Virus record (IMG/VR): IMGVR_UViG_3300046170_000277
Coordinates: 1 to 59,242 of that record
DNA length: 59,242 nucleotides
Source of the DNA: a virus
Lineage: Duplodnaviria > Caudoviricetes
Reading direction: 5' to 3' (one strand)
Positions 1-8,704 of this stretch are shown here, piece by piece. Under the pieces are notes generated by a model, which made no database searches, had not been told where the DNA came from, and saw only the letters and a program-made list of their open reading frames with translations. The position numbers and the translations under genes were made by a program. Position 1 is the first letter of the stretch, and every line of letters begins with the position of its first letter.

Positions 1-1
1 C

Positions 2-322
2 CCTTGGAGGTCTAAAACTGAGTTTTGTGATGCTGTAGGAATTACTCCACAGATTCTGTCAAATTTGTTCAATTCTGACATGAATCGAGAAATCCCTAAG
101 TCCATCGTTTATGGGCTGGCAAGGCTCAATTACAATATCACATGGTTTCTCTATGGCTATGGCCCTATGAGGAACCAAACTGTGGATACTGAAGTGCTGA
201 CCATGCGCCACAAGTTGGATACGTTACAGAAGATGAAATACCTCATTCAAGAAGAGGAACAAGCAATTGAAAAAAGATCAGTTCTCAGAGAAAGGGAGGC
301 AGGATCTGGAACAGTTGTGTGA
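2..322 (+). CDS. XRE/cI-like helix-turn-helix regulator, 5' truncated by the window edge
   Basis: Frame is open from base 2: PWRSKTEFCDAVGITPQILSNLF...REIPKSIVYGLARLNYNITWFLYGYGPM. HTH pattern with the typical 'WLLxGxG' tail; lies just upstream of the integrase. Confidence 0.7.
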   Translation, partial: PWRSKTEFCDAVGITPQILSNLFNSDMNREIPKSIVYGLARLNYNITWFLYGYGPMRNQTVDTEVLTMRHKLDTLQKMKYLIQEEEQAIEKRSVLREREAGSGTVV

Positions 323-481
323 AGATATAGGAACTTCGTTTGACTGCATTGGAGCAGCACAAGTTTGTGATCAAAATGCCACAACCCTTAGAAAGCTGTG
401 GCAAGCTATGAGTAATTATTCTGATCTGAAAGAAGCAAATCAGAATCTATTTTACAGACAGGTCTATAATCTTATGACCGA

Positions 482-1669
482 ATGGGCAGAGACAAAAAGT
501 GGTTTGGCATCGACACCAGACGTGGGTACTTTTATGGGCGTTTCTACGGGGACAAACGGAAAACCCTTAAAATAAAGCTGATTGATCAGCAAGCCCTGGA
601 GTTCAAAGAAACCAAACGTGGACTGGTCAGAAGATCAGATCGTGAACAGTTGGCCCTGCTGCAAGTTCTTCATGCTGAAAAGCAAAAGGAACTGGATAAC
701 AAAAAGCAGGCTGAACTGGATCAAGGTGATGTACTGGCCAATCTGTTTGAACAGTGGCTGCAATCTGTGGCAGATCTGCGTGAAGTCAAAACGCTGAACC
801 ACTACCAGGATGCAGTCAGGCATTTCTTCACAGTCAATCCACCCAAGCTGAGAACTTCCGAACTAGGATCTGAACACTTCTTGAAGTTGGCCAGATACCT
901 GGGGAAGAAGTTTTCTGAAACCACAGCCAATTCCTACCTTCGTGATCTGCGTGCAGGCATCACGTGGCTGCATGATCAGAAGTTCATCAGTGATCAGCCA
1001 AAAATAACATTCTTCAGAATCACAAAAAAGGATCCTGGCGTTTTCACTTCAGAAGAATTGGAAACCATGCACGATCATCTGAAAGTCAAACTGGAAGAAC
1101 CAGGAAGATTCAGAAGAAAGTGGATCCTCATGATGAGAACCTACATGGTACTCAGATGGACTGGTATGCGTGGTTCAGAATTGCTGTGGCTCCAGTGGAA
1201 GAATGTGGATCTGGAAGCCAGGAAAATCAGCTTGAAGGATCATGATGAAGATGGGTTCAGAATCAAGAACAGAAAAGAAGAATCCATTCCAATAGCAGAT
1301 CCATTGCACGTGTTTCTGTGGAATCAGCAGTTCAGTGGGGAAACCTGGGTGCTGGATGATGGCAAGGGCAACCGATACTGGAAGCACTTGAATGAACTGA
1401 CTTCTGCCATGCGAAAGTTTCAGCGTTCCCTGGGAATCAAGGATGTGAAACCACTGCATGGATTCAGAGCCACACTAGCCACCCAATTGACAGACATGGA
1501 CAACGCAAACATCTACCACGTGCAGCAGTTGTTGCGTCATGCTAGTATCACCACAACAATGGGATATGTAAACAAACAGCACCAGGAAATTTCAAATCTG
1601 GTGAACCAGTTAAATGAGCAGCCAACCAGGGCAACTTTGAAGCTGGTGAATGGTTCCAAAAATGACTGA
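482..1669 (+). CDS. int: Tyrosine recombinase (phage integrase)
   Basis: Catalytic motifs TGMRGSE (R), KNRK (K), HGFR (HxxR) and LLRHASITTTMGY (H, Y); 395 aa; adjacent to attP. Confidence 0.95.
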   Translation: MGRDKKWFGIDTRRGYFYGRFYGDKRKTLKIKLIDQQALEFKETKRGLVRRSDREQLALLQVLHAEKQKELDNKKQAELDQGDVLANLFEQWLQSVADLREVKTLNHYQDAVRHFFTVNPPKLRTSELGSEHFLKLARYLGKKFSETTANSYLRDLRAGITWLHDQKFISDQPKITFFRITKKDPGVFTSEELETMHDHLKVKLEEPGRFRRKWILMMRTYMVLRWTGMRGSELLWLQWKNVDLEARKISLKDHDEDGFRIKNRKEESIPIADPLHVFLWNQQFSGETWVLDDGKGNRYWKHLNELTSAMRKFQRSLGIKDVKPLHGFRATLATQLTDMDNANIYHVQQLLRHASITTTMGYVNKQHQEISNLVNQLNEQPTRATLKLVNGSKND

Positions 1670-1683
1670 ACATCCTGCCCAAA

Positions 1684-1907
1684 TTGGCGCATTTTAGGCG
1701 CATCAATTTTCCATTTCCTACCTAGCCCACACCACCACTGGTGTGTGGCCCTTTGACCATACTGGCTTCTAATCAGTAGGTTCCAGGTTCAAGTCCTGGT
1801 GGGCGCACACCAAAACCACCTTTTTTAAATTGGCGCATATTGGCGCAACCACTTTAGTTGTAATTCTGATTTCATTCTCATGATGATTCTGGCGCAATAT
1901 TGGCGCA
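1684..1907 (+). repeat. Putative integrase arm-type sites: three tandem pairs of (T/A)GGCGCA flanking the att core
   Basis: Pairs at about 1685-1702, 1831-1847 and 1890-1907, one left and two right of the tRNA fragment. Confidence 0.7.
1761..1807 (+). other. attP core: 3' half of a tRNA-Arg(UCU) gene
   Basis: ACTGG-CTTCTAA-TCAGT anticodon arm (TCT), T arm CCAGG-TTCAAGT-CCTGG and acceptor 3' strand TGGGCGC-A. No 5' half upstream. About 90 bp after int. Confidence 0.85.
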
Positions 1908-1949
1908 TCAGTTTAGTGGAACGTTTCGGAACGTTCCGGCACCTAAGTG

Positions 1950-1984
1950 AAGTAATTTATTCCAACCAGGAAGTAATTTACTCC
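1950..1984 (+). repeat. Direct repeat GAAGTAATTTA(T/C)TCC x2, possible accessory-factor site in attP
   Basis: Two 15-bp copies 20 bp apart beyond the right arm sites. Confidence 0.4.
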
Positions 1985-1987
1985 CCC

Positions 1988-2095
1988 CTACATTGGCACT
2001 TCCACATGTAGGATTGTTTCCAGAAGAAACAGTGCACCCAGGATGGCAATCATGGCCAACAGCCAGAACCAAAGATTAGATGGATTGTCTCGCAT
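1988..2095 (-). CDS. Small membrane peptide (35 aa)
   Basis: MRDNPSNLWFWLLAMIAILGALFLLETILHVEVPM, one hydrophobic segment. Confidence 0.4.
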   Translation of the reverse strand: MRDNPSNLWFWLLAMIAILGALFLLETILHVEVPM

Positions 2096-2187
2096 GACTT
2101 TCAGATTGTCTATGGTTGGTCTTTCCACTTGATGTGAATACTGGCACGCAACATATCAGAAAATGATTGTGGTGCCAGATTTAAGAA

Positions 2188-2322
2188 CTATTTGGTGGGC
2201 TTCTTCTTCGGTTTGGGAGGTGGCCAGCATTTGGCGCAGACGTTTTGATGGTTGAACTGGATTCCCATGTAGCAATTGGAACCAATCCATCCACACTTCA
2301 CGCATGTGATTAGAACTGTCAT
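2188..2322 (-). CDS. Small Zn-finger-like protein (44 aa)
   Basis: MTVLITCVKCG...CAKCWPPPKPKKKPTK, two CxxC motifs. Confidence 0.4.
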   Translation of the reverse strand: MTVLITCVKCGWIGSNCYMGIQFNHQNVCAKCWPPPKPKKKPTK

Positions 2323-2337
2323 GTCATGGCTGTGCTC

Positions 2338-2562
2338 CTATGAAATACAAATTTTCAGAACTTCCTGGGAACCATTAGGATCCTCAACATAAACCCCATA
2401 GCCAACATTTCCTGCCATTTCTTCCAGGCTCCATCCCAGAAATTGTTTAAATTGTTCTAGTGCTTCCACTTTCGTGATCTGAAAGTAGTAAATTTCACCA
2501 GAACAGGCTGGTGTACTCATCACCACTTTCCTGGTTTTTCTGATAGCAGTTTTCAGATTCAT
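2338..2562 (-). CDS. Hypothetical early protein, paralog of 22940-23194
   Basis: MNLKTAIRKTRKVVMSTP...EI..F.ITK resembles MTLKDAIKQANKIFISTP...EI...F.VTK; GGAG SD. Confidence 0.65.
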   Translation of the reverse strand: MNLKTAIRKTRKVVMSTPACSGEIYYFQITKVEALEQFKQFLGWSLEEMAGNVGYGVYVEDPNGSQEVLKICIS

Positions 2563-3050
2563 GGTTGTGCTCCTTCGGTTTGGGTGTCAACTGTGGCCAT
2601 TCGGCCAAGCCAGCCAAAAGGCATCACACAGCCTTCTGGCAAAACAAATACATGGTACTGGTCAGCCATGTCCACCAGCCTACTTTCACCAGGGTACAAC
2701 ATCACAGCTTCACGCTCTGGCCCACAGAAGTGATTCTTCATGGCCTGGAATGTGGCCCAATCAGAATGTGGTTTGTTTTCCTTGTGCTTGATGGACAACC
2801 AGGAGCACTGGCCCATCCAGTCAGGGTTCAGCACAATCTGGTCTGCCTTTTCACCATGTCTGACCTTCACCAGATAATCACCAAACACTTCATAGGGAAC
2901 GTCATCCCTCATTTGCTGCTTGGCAATCTTCCTGGCTTGGTTGTAGGTGACTGGTTTCCCATGCTGCTTCATCAGTCCCATGATCAACTTGGTTCTTCCT
3001 TGAAGATCATTGGATTTTCTATAGCTATTCATTAGCTGAACAATGCTCAT
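2559..3050 (-). CDS. Conserved phage hypothetical protein
   Basis: WLSIK...DWATFQAMKNHFCGPEREAVMLYPGESRLVDMADQYH, a motif I recognise from many phage proteins; coupled to its neighbours by overlaps. Confidence 0.7.
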   Translation of the reverse strand: MSIVQLMNSYRKSNDLQGRTKLIMGLMKQHGKPVTYNQARKIAKQQMRDDVPYEVFGDYLVKVRHGEKADQIVLNPDWMGQCSWLSIKHKENKPHSDWATFQAMKNHFCGPEREAVMLYPGESRLVDMADQYHVFVLPEGCVMPFGWLGRMATVDTQTEGAQP

Positions 3051-3322
3051 GGCTGTTCTCCTTCCTTCTCAACTCTGTTGTAGTATTCCCACTGAATCTT
3101 CAGAATTCGTGGCTTTACAGCAAACACATTTCCACAATCATCATTTGGGCAATACAGCTTTACAAAGTCATCTCTGCAAACCTTCACAGCTTCTTCTTGT
3201 GTGTATTTCCAATTGTCCAAATCCTTAAACCAATGATTGACTTTTGTTTGGCAGTTGGGACAGTGCGCTTCTATTTTGTGAAGTAGCGCACCAACTACCG
3301 AATTTTGATAGTTGGTGCTCAT
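3047..3322 (-). CDS. Zn-ribbon hypothetical protein
   Basis: CPNC...CPNDDC; GGAG SD; overlaps the next start. Confidence 0.6.
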   Translation of the reverse strand: MSTNYQNSVVGALLHKIEAHCPNCQTKVNHWFKDLDNWKYTQEEAVKVCRDDFVKLYCPNDDCGNVFAVKPRILKIQWEYYNRVEKEGEQP

Positions 3323-3324
3323 GA

Positions 3325-4692
3325 TTATTCTCCTTCGTTTCTGACGTTGGTGGTGTGTGATGCCATCAGTCTCCAGCCACTATCAAACTGATTGTTGGCA
3401 ATGGCTACTTCACTGAATTTGTAGACGTGATGGGTGACTTCAACAATTTCACCATAGATGTTTTCATCATCTTCTGAAACAGTGCCCAGGGCACACTCAA
3501 AACGTGTTTGGGTGCCATCATAGTGGTTGATGTGCAGTGGAAAGGCATCAGTGCCCACTTCCTTCAGAATCATGCAGAAGTTTGGAACCAGGGCCAGCAG
3601 ATCATTGGCACATGCAAAGCCTTCAAACTGATGAGTGTGAACAGTTTCATCTTCTGGATCCCTTGTGACGATTTCACGAATCTGCCACTCTTTGGGTTGC
3701 CAGGGCAGAGCGTGCTGGCTGCTGCCTTGATCCCCTACAACGTCCACTCTGATCTTCCTGCCATGCTGGTTGTAGACACGTCTGATGGTTCCATGAACGC
3801 CACGATCCAGATCTTCATGATGCAGAATCTGTTTGGTGAACTGTGTCAATGAACCATCTGCGTGGCAGAAGTTTTCTGGCATATTGAAACCTGTCAAAGT
3901 TGGTTCAAACCAGTCAGGCATGTCTTCCCAAGAACCCAGGTATTTCATGACGTGCCAGACATCTTCTGTGTCACCACGGTCTTCAAATTCTTCGTAAAGT
4001 TCATTGAAGTCCACTTCTGTGTGTCCTTTTCCATAGGTCACAGTCTGAGGTTGGCCAAATGCTTTGTTCCATCCAGATGGCTTGAAAAAGATGTCTGGAA
4101 ACTTCTGCAGATCCTTCTGTTCAATCCCCAGGAATTCAGCCAGCTTTTCCTTCTGTTCTTGAATGCCTGGGTTGTCAGACTTGGTCTTCAGATAGTCTTC
4201 AGCATAGTTGGGGAAGGTGCTGCAGATCGCATTGCGTATGCCCACCAGCCTGCTGATCTGCTTGGCCTGTTCATCATTGATAAGCTGATCTGTGTTGTTC
4301 AAAGCAGCAGTCTCCACTTCACCAATCATCTGCTGAATGTGGATGATGATGGGCCTGCCAAATTCATAGTCTAAGCAGCCAGTGTCAAACTGCTGAACCA
4401 GCTTCAGTGCATGGGCTTCCATTGCCTGCTTGATCACAGTGTGAACATCCATCTGTATCTGCATCTTCTGGCGCATTTCATCAGCCACCAGTTCCTTCAG
4501 TTCTGACTCAGTGCCACTGGATCCTTCCAGTTCCAGGCTGAATCCGTTGACTTCATCATTCTTGGCAAACACCACTTTCAAGTCAGTGTTGCAGCCTGGG
4601 CAGTTGAATGGCACCTTCATTGGCCCTTTCCCTTTCCCTCTGCGTCTCTTTTCAGCCAGTCTTGGATGAACGTAGTCTTTATTTAGTCCCAT
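3325..4692 (-). CDS. Hypothetical protein (455 aa)
   Basis: Long ORF in operon context with an N-terminal CPGC; no family recognised. Confidence 0.7.
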   Translation of the reverse strand: MGLNKDYVHPRLAEKRRRGKGKGPMKVPFNCPGCNTDLKVVFAKNDEVNGFSLELEGSSGTESELKELVADEMRQKMQIQMDVHTVIKQAMEAHALKLVQQFDTGCLDYEFGRPIIIHIQQMIGEVETAALNNTDQLINDEQAKQISRLVGIRNAICSTFPNYAEDYLKTKSDNPGIQEQKEKLAEFLGIEQKDLQKFPDIFFKPSGWNKAFGQPQTVTYGKGHTEVDFNELYEEFEDRGDTEDVWHVMKYLGSWEDMPDWFEPTLTGFNMPENFCHADGSLTQFTKQILHHEDLDRGVHGTIRRVYNQHGRKIRVDVVGDQGSSQHALPWQPKEWQIREIVTRDPEDETVHTHQFEGFACANDLLALVPNFCMILKEVGTDAFPLHINHYDGTQTRFECALGTVSEDDENIYGEIVEVTHHVYKFSEVAIANNQFDSGWRLMASHTTNVRNEGE

Positions 4693-4798
4693 TTGGTTCC
4701 TTTGTGGTATGGGTTAGGTAGTGTTGTGAACAGCACCAGAATTGATGATGTTCATCACAGCACCTATGGGCCAGCCTTGCAGCCAGCCCTGGTGAATG

Positions 4799-5869
4799 TT
4801 AAGCAGCCATTTCTTCAGCCAGCTTCATTGCTCTGGTGGCCAACTGAGCACCTGGGCCAAAGTAGTTGTTTTCAAACCGTGTGGTTGGATCCTTGGCCTT
4901 CTGCTTGTGGGTTGCAAACCGTGTCACTGAATTCAGTGCATGGTTGAAGGTGTCATGGGCTGAACTTGGAAGGGTGTGCCGTTCTTCTTCATGACAGTTG
5001 AACAGGTGGTTCAGATTGTAGCTGACCTTGTCCATCTGCTCTTCAAACTTCATGTTGTCCAAGATCAAGGCTTGTGGATCCCTCCAAGGAAGCTTCAGAC
5101 TTCTTCTGAAGTAGTTTTCCAGGCTTTTCTGATTCACTGGCACCTTGCCCAATCTCTGAAGGGTGGCTTCCATGTCTTTGAATCCAGCATAGGCTTGTTT
5201 GGTGATGTCCTGCACTTCCTTCATGGCTTCATCAATTCCTGGCCTGTGCTTCAACTTCACACCCATTTCATGGCCATGCTTGATCAATCCTGGTAACTGA
5301 TTGGCACAGGCTAGTCTGTAGGCAACTGGCTGAATGATCAGGGCTGTTCTTCCATCATGGCCCCAGGTCATCAGCAGGTATGGCAGGAATGGGTCATCTG
5401 GAAGGGCAAACAAAGGCTTTCCAGCCATGCGTGCCATCATCCAGCAACGCTTCCCATTCTTGAAAGTTCCAGCACTCTCAAACATGGCCAGCCCAGAATC
5501 AAAGAATGGCTTGAACCAGTCAATGGCCTGCTCGTTTTGAACAATCACAAACTTCTTTGTGGTGGTTCCGAATTGATCCATTGGGTTGTCCTTCCTGCGT
5601 AACCCAACAGAATTCATCCATCTTGTGGATCCATCACTTGGTGCTGTGTGCAGTGGCACTGCTTCCACTTCCCAATCAAAGCCTGGGTTGGTCTTCAGCC
5701 CATCAATGCTGGTTCCGATGTCCAGCCCATCAAAGCTCACTCCACCTCTCCAGCTTTTGTCAGGGTGCTTGGTGATTTCATCAAAGTAGTTCACAGCCAT
5801 GTCTGAAGCCTGCAGATCAAAGTCAGACTTGGCTACTACGTCCATTTTGGGTTGGGTCATGGTTGTCAT
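4799..5869 (-). CDS. DUF932/DUF945-family phage/plasmid protein
   Basis: DWEVEAVPL, VQNEQAIDWF, FESAGTFKNGKRCW, YLLMTWGHDG, RLACANQ and KLKH motifs. Confidence 0.85.
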   Translation of the reverse strand: MTTMTQPKMDVVAKSDFDLQASDMAVNYFDEITKHPDKSWRGGVSFDGLDIGTSIDGLKTNPGFDWEVEAVPLHTAPSDGSTRWMNSVGLRRKDNPMDQFGTTTKKFVIVQNEQAIDWFKPFFDSGLAMFESAGTFKNGKRCWMMARMAGKPLFALPDDPFLPYLLMTWGHDGRTALIIQPVAYRLACANQLPGLIKHGHEMGVKLKHRPGIDEAMKEVQDITKQAYAGFKDMEATLQRLGKVPVNQKSLENYFRRSLKLPWRDPQALILDNMKFEEQMDKVSYNLNHLFNCHEEERHTLPSSAHDTFNHALNSVTRFATHKQKAKDPTTRFENNYFGPGAQLATRAMKLAEEMAA

Positions 5870-5960
5870 GATGTTCCTTGTGGTTTTGGGTGATTGTGTG
5901 AACAGCACTGACTGAATTGCCAATGCTGTTCATCCAGCCACCCAGGTGACTGGTTTTGGG

Positions 5961-6335
5961 TTAAAATTTTGTTTGGGTGCCATCGCCACCAATGGCGTAT
6001 GTTCCAAGGCTTCCACTGTAGAGATGAAGCTGATGACCAATCAGCATTTTGATTTCATCATTGTTGAGTGTTGGCCCCAGGTTTGGAGAAATGACTCTGG
6101 GAATCACCCAGATCTGTGGGGTATCTCCAGGCTTGGCAATGTCACCGTTTCGTGTGGCTCCACCGTAGGTGCACACCTTTTTGATCATGGTGGCCTTGAA
6201 CTGGCCTTTGAACTTGCCAGCCTTCAGAACTGGCATCATGTCCAGAGCGTCACCGAATACCTGACGAACTGCATCAGCGTTGATTCGGGCATCAATGATT
6301 TGGTAGGTGAATTTTGCGTAGTGTCCTTTTGCCAT
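5961..6335 (-). CDS. Hypothetical early protein, paralog of 6701-7114
   Basis: Shared GH.A.F, GK.KG..K, K.CTYGGA and IA.PGD.P motifs. Confidence 0.7.
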   Translation of the reverse strand: MAKGHYAKFTYQIIDARINADAVRQVFGDALDMMPVLKAGKFKGQFKATMIKKVCTYGGATRNGDIAKPGDTPQIWVIPRVISPNLGPTLNNDEIKMLIGHQLHLYSGSLGTYAIGGDGTQTKF

Positions 6336-6388
6336 GTTGTCTCTCTGTGGTAGTGGTTTGGGTTGCTGCTCAACCTGAGCATGTTTTT

Positions 6389-6417
6389 AATATACACAGC
6401 CTGTGAACAGATTGCAA
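6389..6417 (-). promoter_or_regulatory. sigma70-like early promoter with operator palindrome
   Basis: TTGCAA-17 bp-TATATT on the - strand; TACAC-N5-GTGAA at 6393-6407. Confidence 0.7.
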
Positions 6418-6455
6418 GTATTTATTTCTGTCCACAGGTGTTTTTTTTTGGGCTG

Positions 6456-6704
6456 TTACTTAAACCACTTGGGATCTGCTCCAGCCTTGATCAGCCTGCG
6501 TTTGCAGCCTGGGCCTATATGGAAGCCACCTTGGGAATCTGGATTGTTTGGATCATAGTCTGGTGCTGTTGGATCAAGAATTTCTCCATCAGTGTCAACC
6601 TCCACCATTGAACAGGTCATGGTGGCTGTGATGGGTTTCTGGCATAGAATGCAAACGTTTTTGGCATGTTCTGGGTTGTCTCTCACGAAGTCAAAAATGT
6701 TCAT
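6456..6704 (-). CDS. Small Zn-binding hypothetical protein
   Basis: CILCQKP...HIGPGC; GGAG SD. Confidence 0.6.
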   Translation of the reverse strand: MNIFDFVRDNPEHAKNVCILCQKPITATMTCSMVEVDTDGEILDPTAPDYDPNNPDSQGGFHIGPGCKRRLIKAGADPKWFK

Positions 6705-7114
6705 TGTGATTCTCCAGCTTTTGGGTTTTCAAAAAGACGGATGGCTTCACCATCTTTGGGGTATCCAAAATTCCCCCACGTGTTTGAAACCAGCACAGAT
6801 TCAGTCATCATTTCCTCTTCACCCCACTGCTCTATTTCCCAGGCAGGCTTTGCAACCACCATGATCAGTGGTTCATCCCCTGGTCTGGCAATGCCACCAG
6901 TGAAGCCCATCTGACGTGATGATGTATATGCGCCACCATAGGTGCATGTCTTGATGACCAAGGTGCCTTTGTTCTTGCCCTTGTTCTTTCCTCGCACAAA
7001 CTTGGGAACAAACTGTTCCACAGAACCTGTGCCAAAAATCTGCTCAGTTTTGTCAATTCCAAGGTCAGATTTCAAATCGAATGTTTTAAATTGGAAATGT
7101 GCCCAATGTCCCAT
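6701..7114 (-). CDS. Hypothetical early protein, paralog of 5961-6335
   Basis: CTYGGA motif; AGGAG SD lies inside the repeated leader. Confidence 0.7.
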   Translation of the reverse strand: MGHWAHFQFKTFDLKSDLGIDKTEQIFGTGSVEQFVPKFVRGKNKGKNKGTLVIKTCTYGGAYTSSRQMGFTGGIARPGDEPLIMVVAKPAWEIEQWGEEEMMTESVLVSNTWGNFGYPKDGEAIRLFENPKAGESQ

Positions 7115-7425
7115 GATCTATCTCCTGGTAGTGGGCCAGCTTTCGCCAGCCCTGGTTTGGGTTTCAACAGAATTCGTTTGTCCACTCTTCAAAGATGTCC
7201 ATAACTTCCAGCTTGGTGGATCTGGCCAGTGCTTGATATGGCAGCACTGATTCTGTTTCTGTGAATTCCACATACTCTGGCAAGTTGTCCATCAGATCTC
7301 TGTAGTAGACTTTGATGGCTATTCCGTTTGCTAGCTTTGCTGGAAAGGTTTTCAGTGGTGTTGTGATATTGCCCATGATCTATCTCCTGGTAGTGGGCCA
7401 GCTTTCGCCAGCCCTGGTTTGGGTT
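7110..7425. repeat. Perfect 54-bp direct repeat (7110-7163 and 7372-7425) flanking one gene
   Basis: Identical CCCATGATCTATCTCCTGGTAGTGGGCCAGCTTTCGCCAGCCCTGGTTTGGGTT at both positions. Confidence 0.95.
7164..7376 (-). CDS. Hypothetical protein (70 aa) between the 54-bp repeats
   Basis: SD and ATG are supplied by the repeat; the stop abuts the second copy. Confidence 0.7.
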   Translation of the reverse strand: MGNITTPLKTFPAKLANGIAIKVYYRDLMDNLPEYVEFTETESVLPYQALARSTKLEVMDIFEEWTNEFC

Positions 7426-7738
7426 ATGCTGCAACTGCAGCTTCATTCATCCAGATTGAATCCATGATTTCATCAGTTGGGTGCTCACCTTCCAGGGTGA
7501 ACTTCCTGGTTCCTGGTAAGGTCAGCCACTTCTCTGCAGCTTTCTTGGTCTTGGCATGTGAGCACTTCACCCACTCACCATCTTGAATCATCCACAGAAG
7601 GAAGTTCTGCTCTGGCTTTGGGTTCTTGACCATCTTGAATCCCTTACCGTTGCAAGGGAAGCAGGTTCCAGCCATCACGTGATTGAAGTGCTTCAGTGTT
7701 CCTTTACCTGCACATTTGCCACATGTTACTTTTTTCAT
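7424..7738 (-). CDS. DnaJ-type CxxCxGxG Zn-finger early protein
   Basis: CGKCAGKG...CFPCNGKG; AGGAG SD. Confidence 0.75.
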   Translation of the reverse strand: MKKVTCGKCAGKGTLKHFNHVMAGTCFPCNGKGFKMVKNPKPEQNFLLWMIQDGEWVKCSHAKTKKAAEKWLTLPGTRKFTLEGEHPTDEIMDSIWMNEAAVAA

Positions 7739-7794
7739 TGCCTGTCTCCTGGTGGTGGTGGTTTGGGTGTTGAACTCATGTCCAACTGATAAGA

Positions 7795-7906
7795 ATATTA
7801 TTTCACACCCTGTGAAAGAATGCAAGGATTATTTCCAACTGTTTTTTCAGAAGCCTTTTTTTGTGCGGAAAGAACTACTTGCAGTTCACCAGAAGTGAAC
7901 TAAGGT
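7795..7906. promoter_or_regulatory. Divergent promoter pair, each with TTCAC-N5-GTGAA in the spacer
   Basis: Leftward TTGCAT (7820-7825) with palindrome 7802-7816; rightward TTGCAG (7879-7884) ... TAAGGT with palindrome 7885-7899. Confidence 0.55.
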
Positions 7907-8056
7907 GGATCCATCAGAACCAGGAATCATCCTTTTTTGACTCTATGTTTTGCAGACAGAAGTTGCATGAAGGAAACGGTTCTCAGACATGAGATGAAAG
8001 TGGAACCAACAAATCAAAGGCTGCTAGTCTGCAGCCCTGTTGGATTTGTCTATTGT

Positions 8057-8530
8057 CTATGAATTACTGCCCTGGTTCTGGTCTTTGTTCATTTCCAACT
8101 GCACCAGATGTTCGAGCACCAACTGCTTTGACATCTTCAATTCATCCGCAAGTGCAGCCCATTGGTTGTAAGTGGCTTGATCTGGTGAAAAGCTGGCATT
8201 CTTCAAACCCAATTCAGCCTTCTGTTCATTGCGCTGATAGTAGCCATGACCAGCATCCGTCTTTTCACGCATTTCACTTACATTTGCGTTCCAGATCATT
8301 TCATTCAATAACTGCCTGCGTTTCACACCAGCTTCTTCTGCTTTCTTATTCAGCCAGTCCCTCATTTCATCACTCAAAGCTACTGTGGTGTAGAGCAATT
8401 TTGGTTTTTTCCTTAGTGGCTCCAATAGCTTGGCAATCTGCATGGTTGCAATCTGCTGGCGAATCTGTGGGTCAGGGTACTGCTCCACAAAGCTTTCATG
8501 AACGCTTCCTTCAATTTCAATCACTGCCAT
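8057..8530 (-). CDS. Putative tandem ribbon-helix-helix DNA-binding protein
   Basis: Two strand-helix-helix patterns: TTVALSDEMRDWLNKKAEEAGVKRRQLLNEMI and NASFSPDQATYNQWAALADELKMSKQLVLEHLV. Confidence 0.55.
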   Translation of the reverse strand: MAVIEIEGSVHESFVEQYPDPQIRQQIATMQIAKLLEPLRKKPKLLYTTVALSDEMRDWLNKKAEEAGVKRRQLLNEMIWNANVSEMREKTDAGHGYYQRNEQKAELGLKNASFSPDQATYNQWAALADELKMSKQLVLEHLVQLEMNKDQNQGSNS

Positions 8531-8704
8531 TTTTCCCCAGGTGGTTAAGGTTTCAAATGCCTTGCATTATATACCAGGAAAACTGCCTTGTCTATGTGTA
8601 GTCTACGCCAGTGGCGCACCATCCCAAATCCCTAATATTCACAGATAGTGTATTGTTTGCATATATCTGGCTTGAAACTTTGAACATTTTGAACAAAGTC
8701 AGCA

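Noticed and set aside
267-575. 102-aa ORF as an excisionase
   Set aside because: It has a TTG start, overlaps both neighbours and shows no recognisable HTH motif.
1735-1812. Complete tRNA-Arg gene
   Set aside because: The D arm and 5' acceptor strand are missing, so it is interpreted as the attP core.
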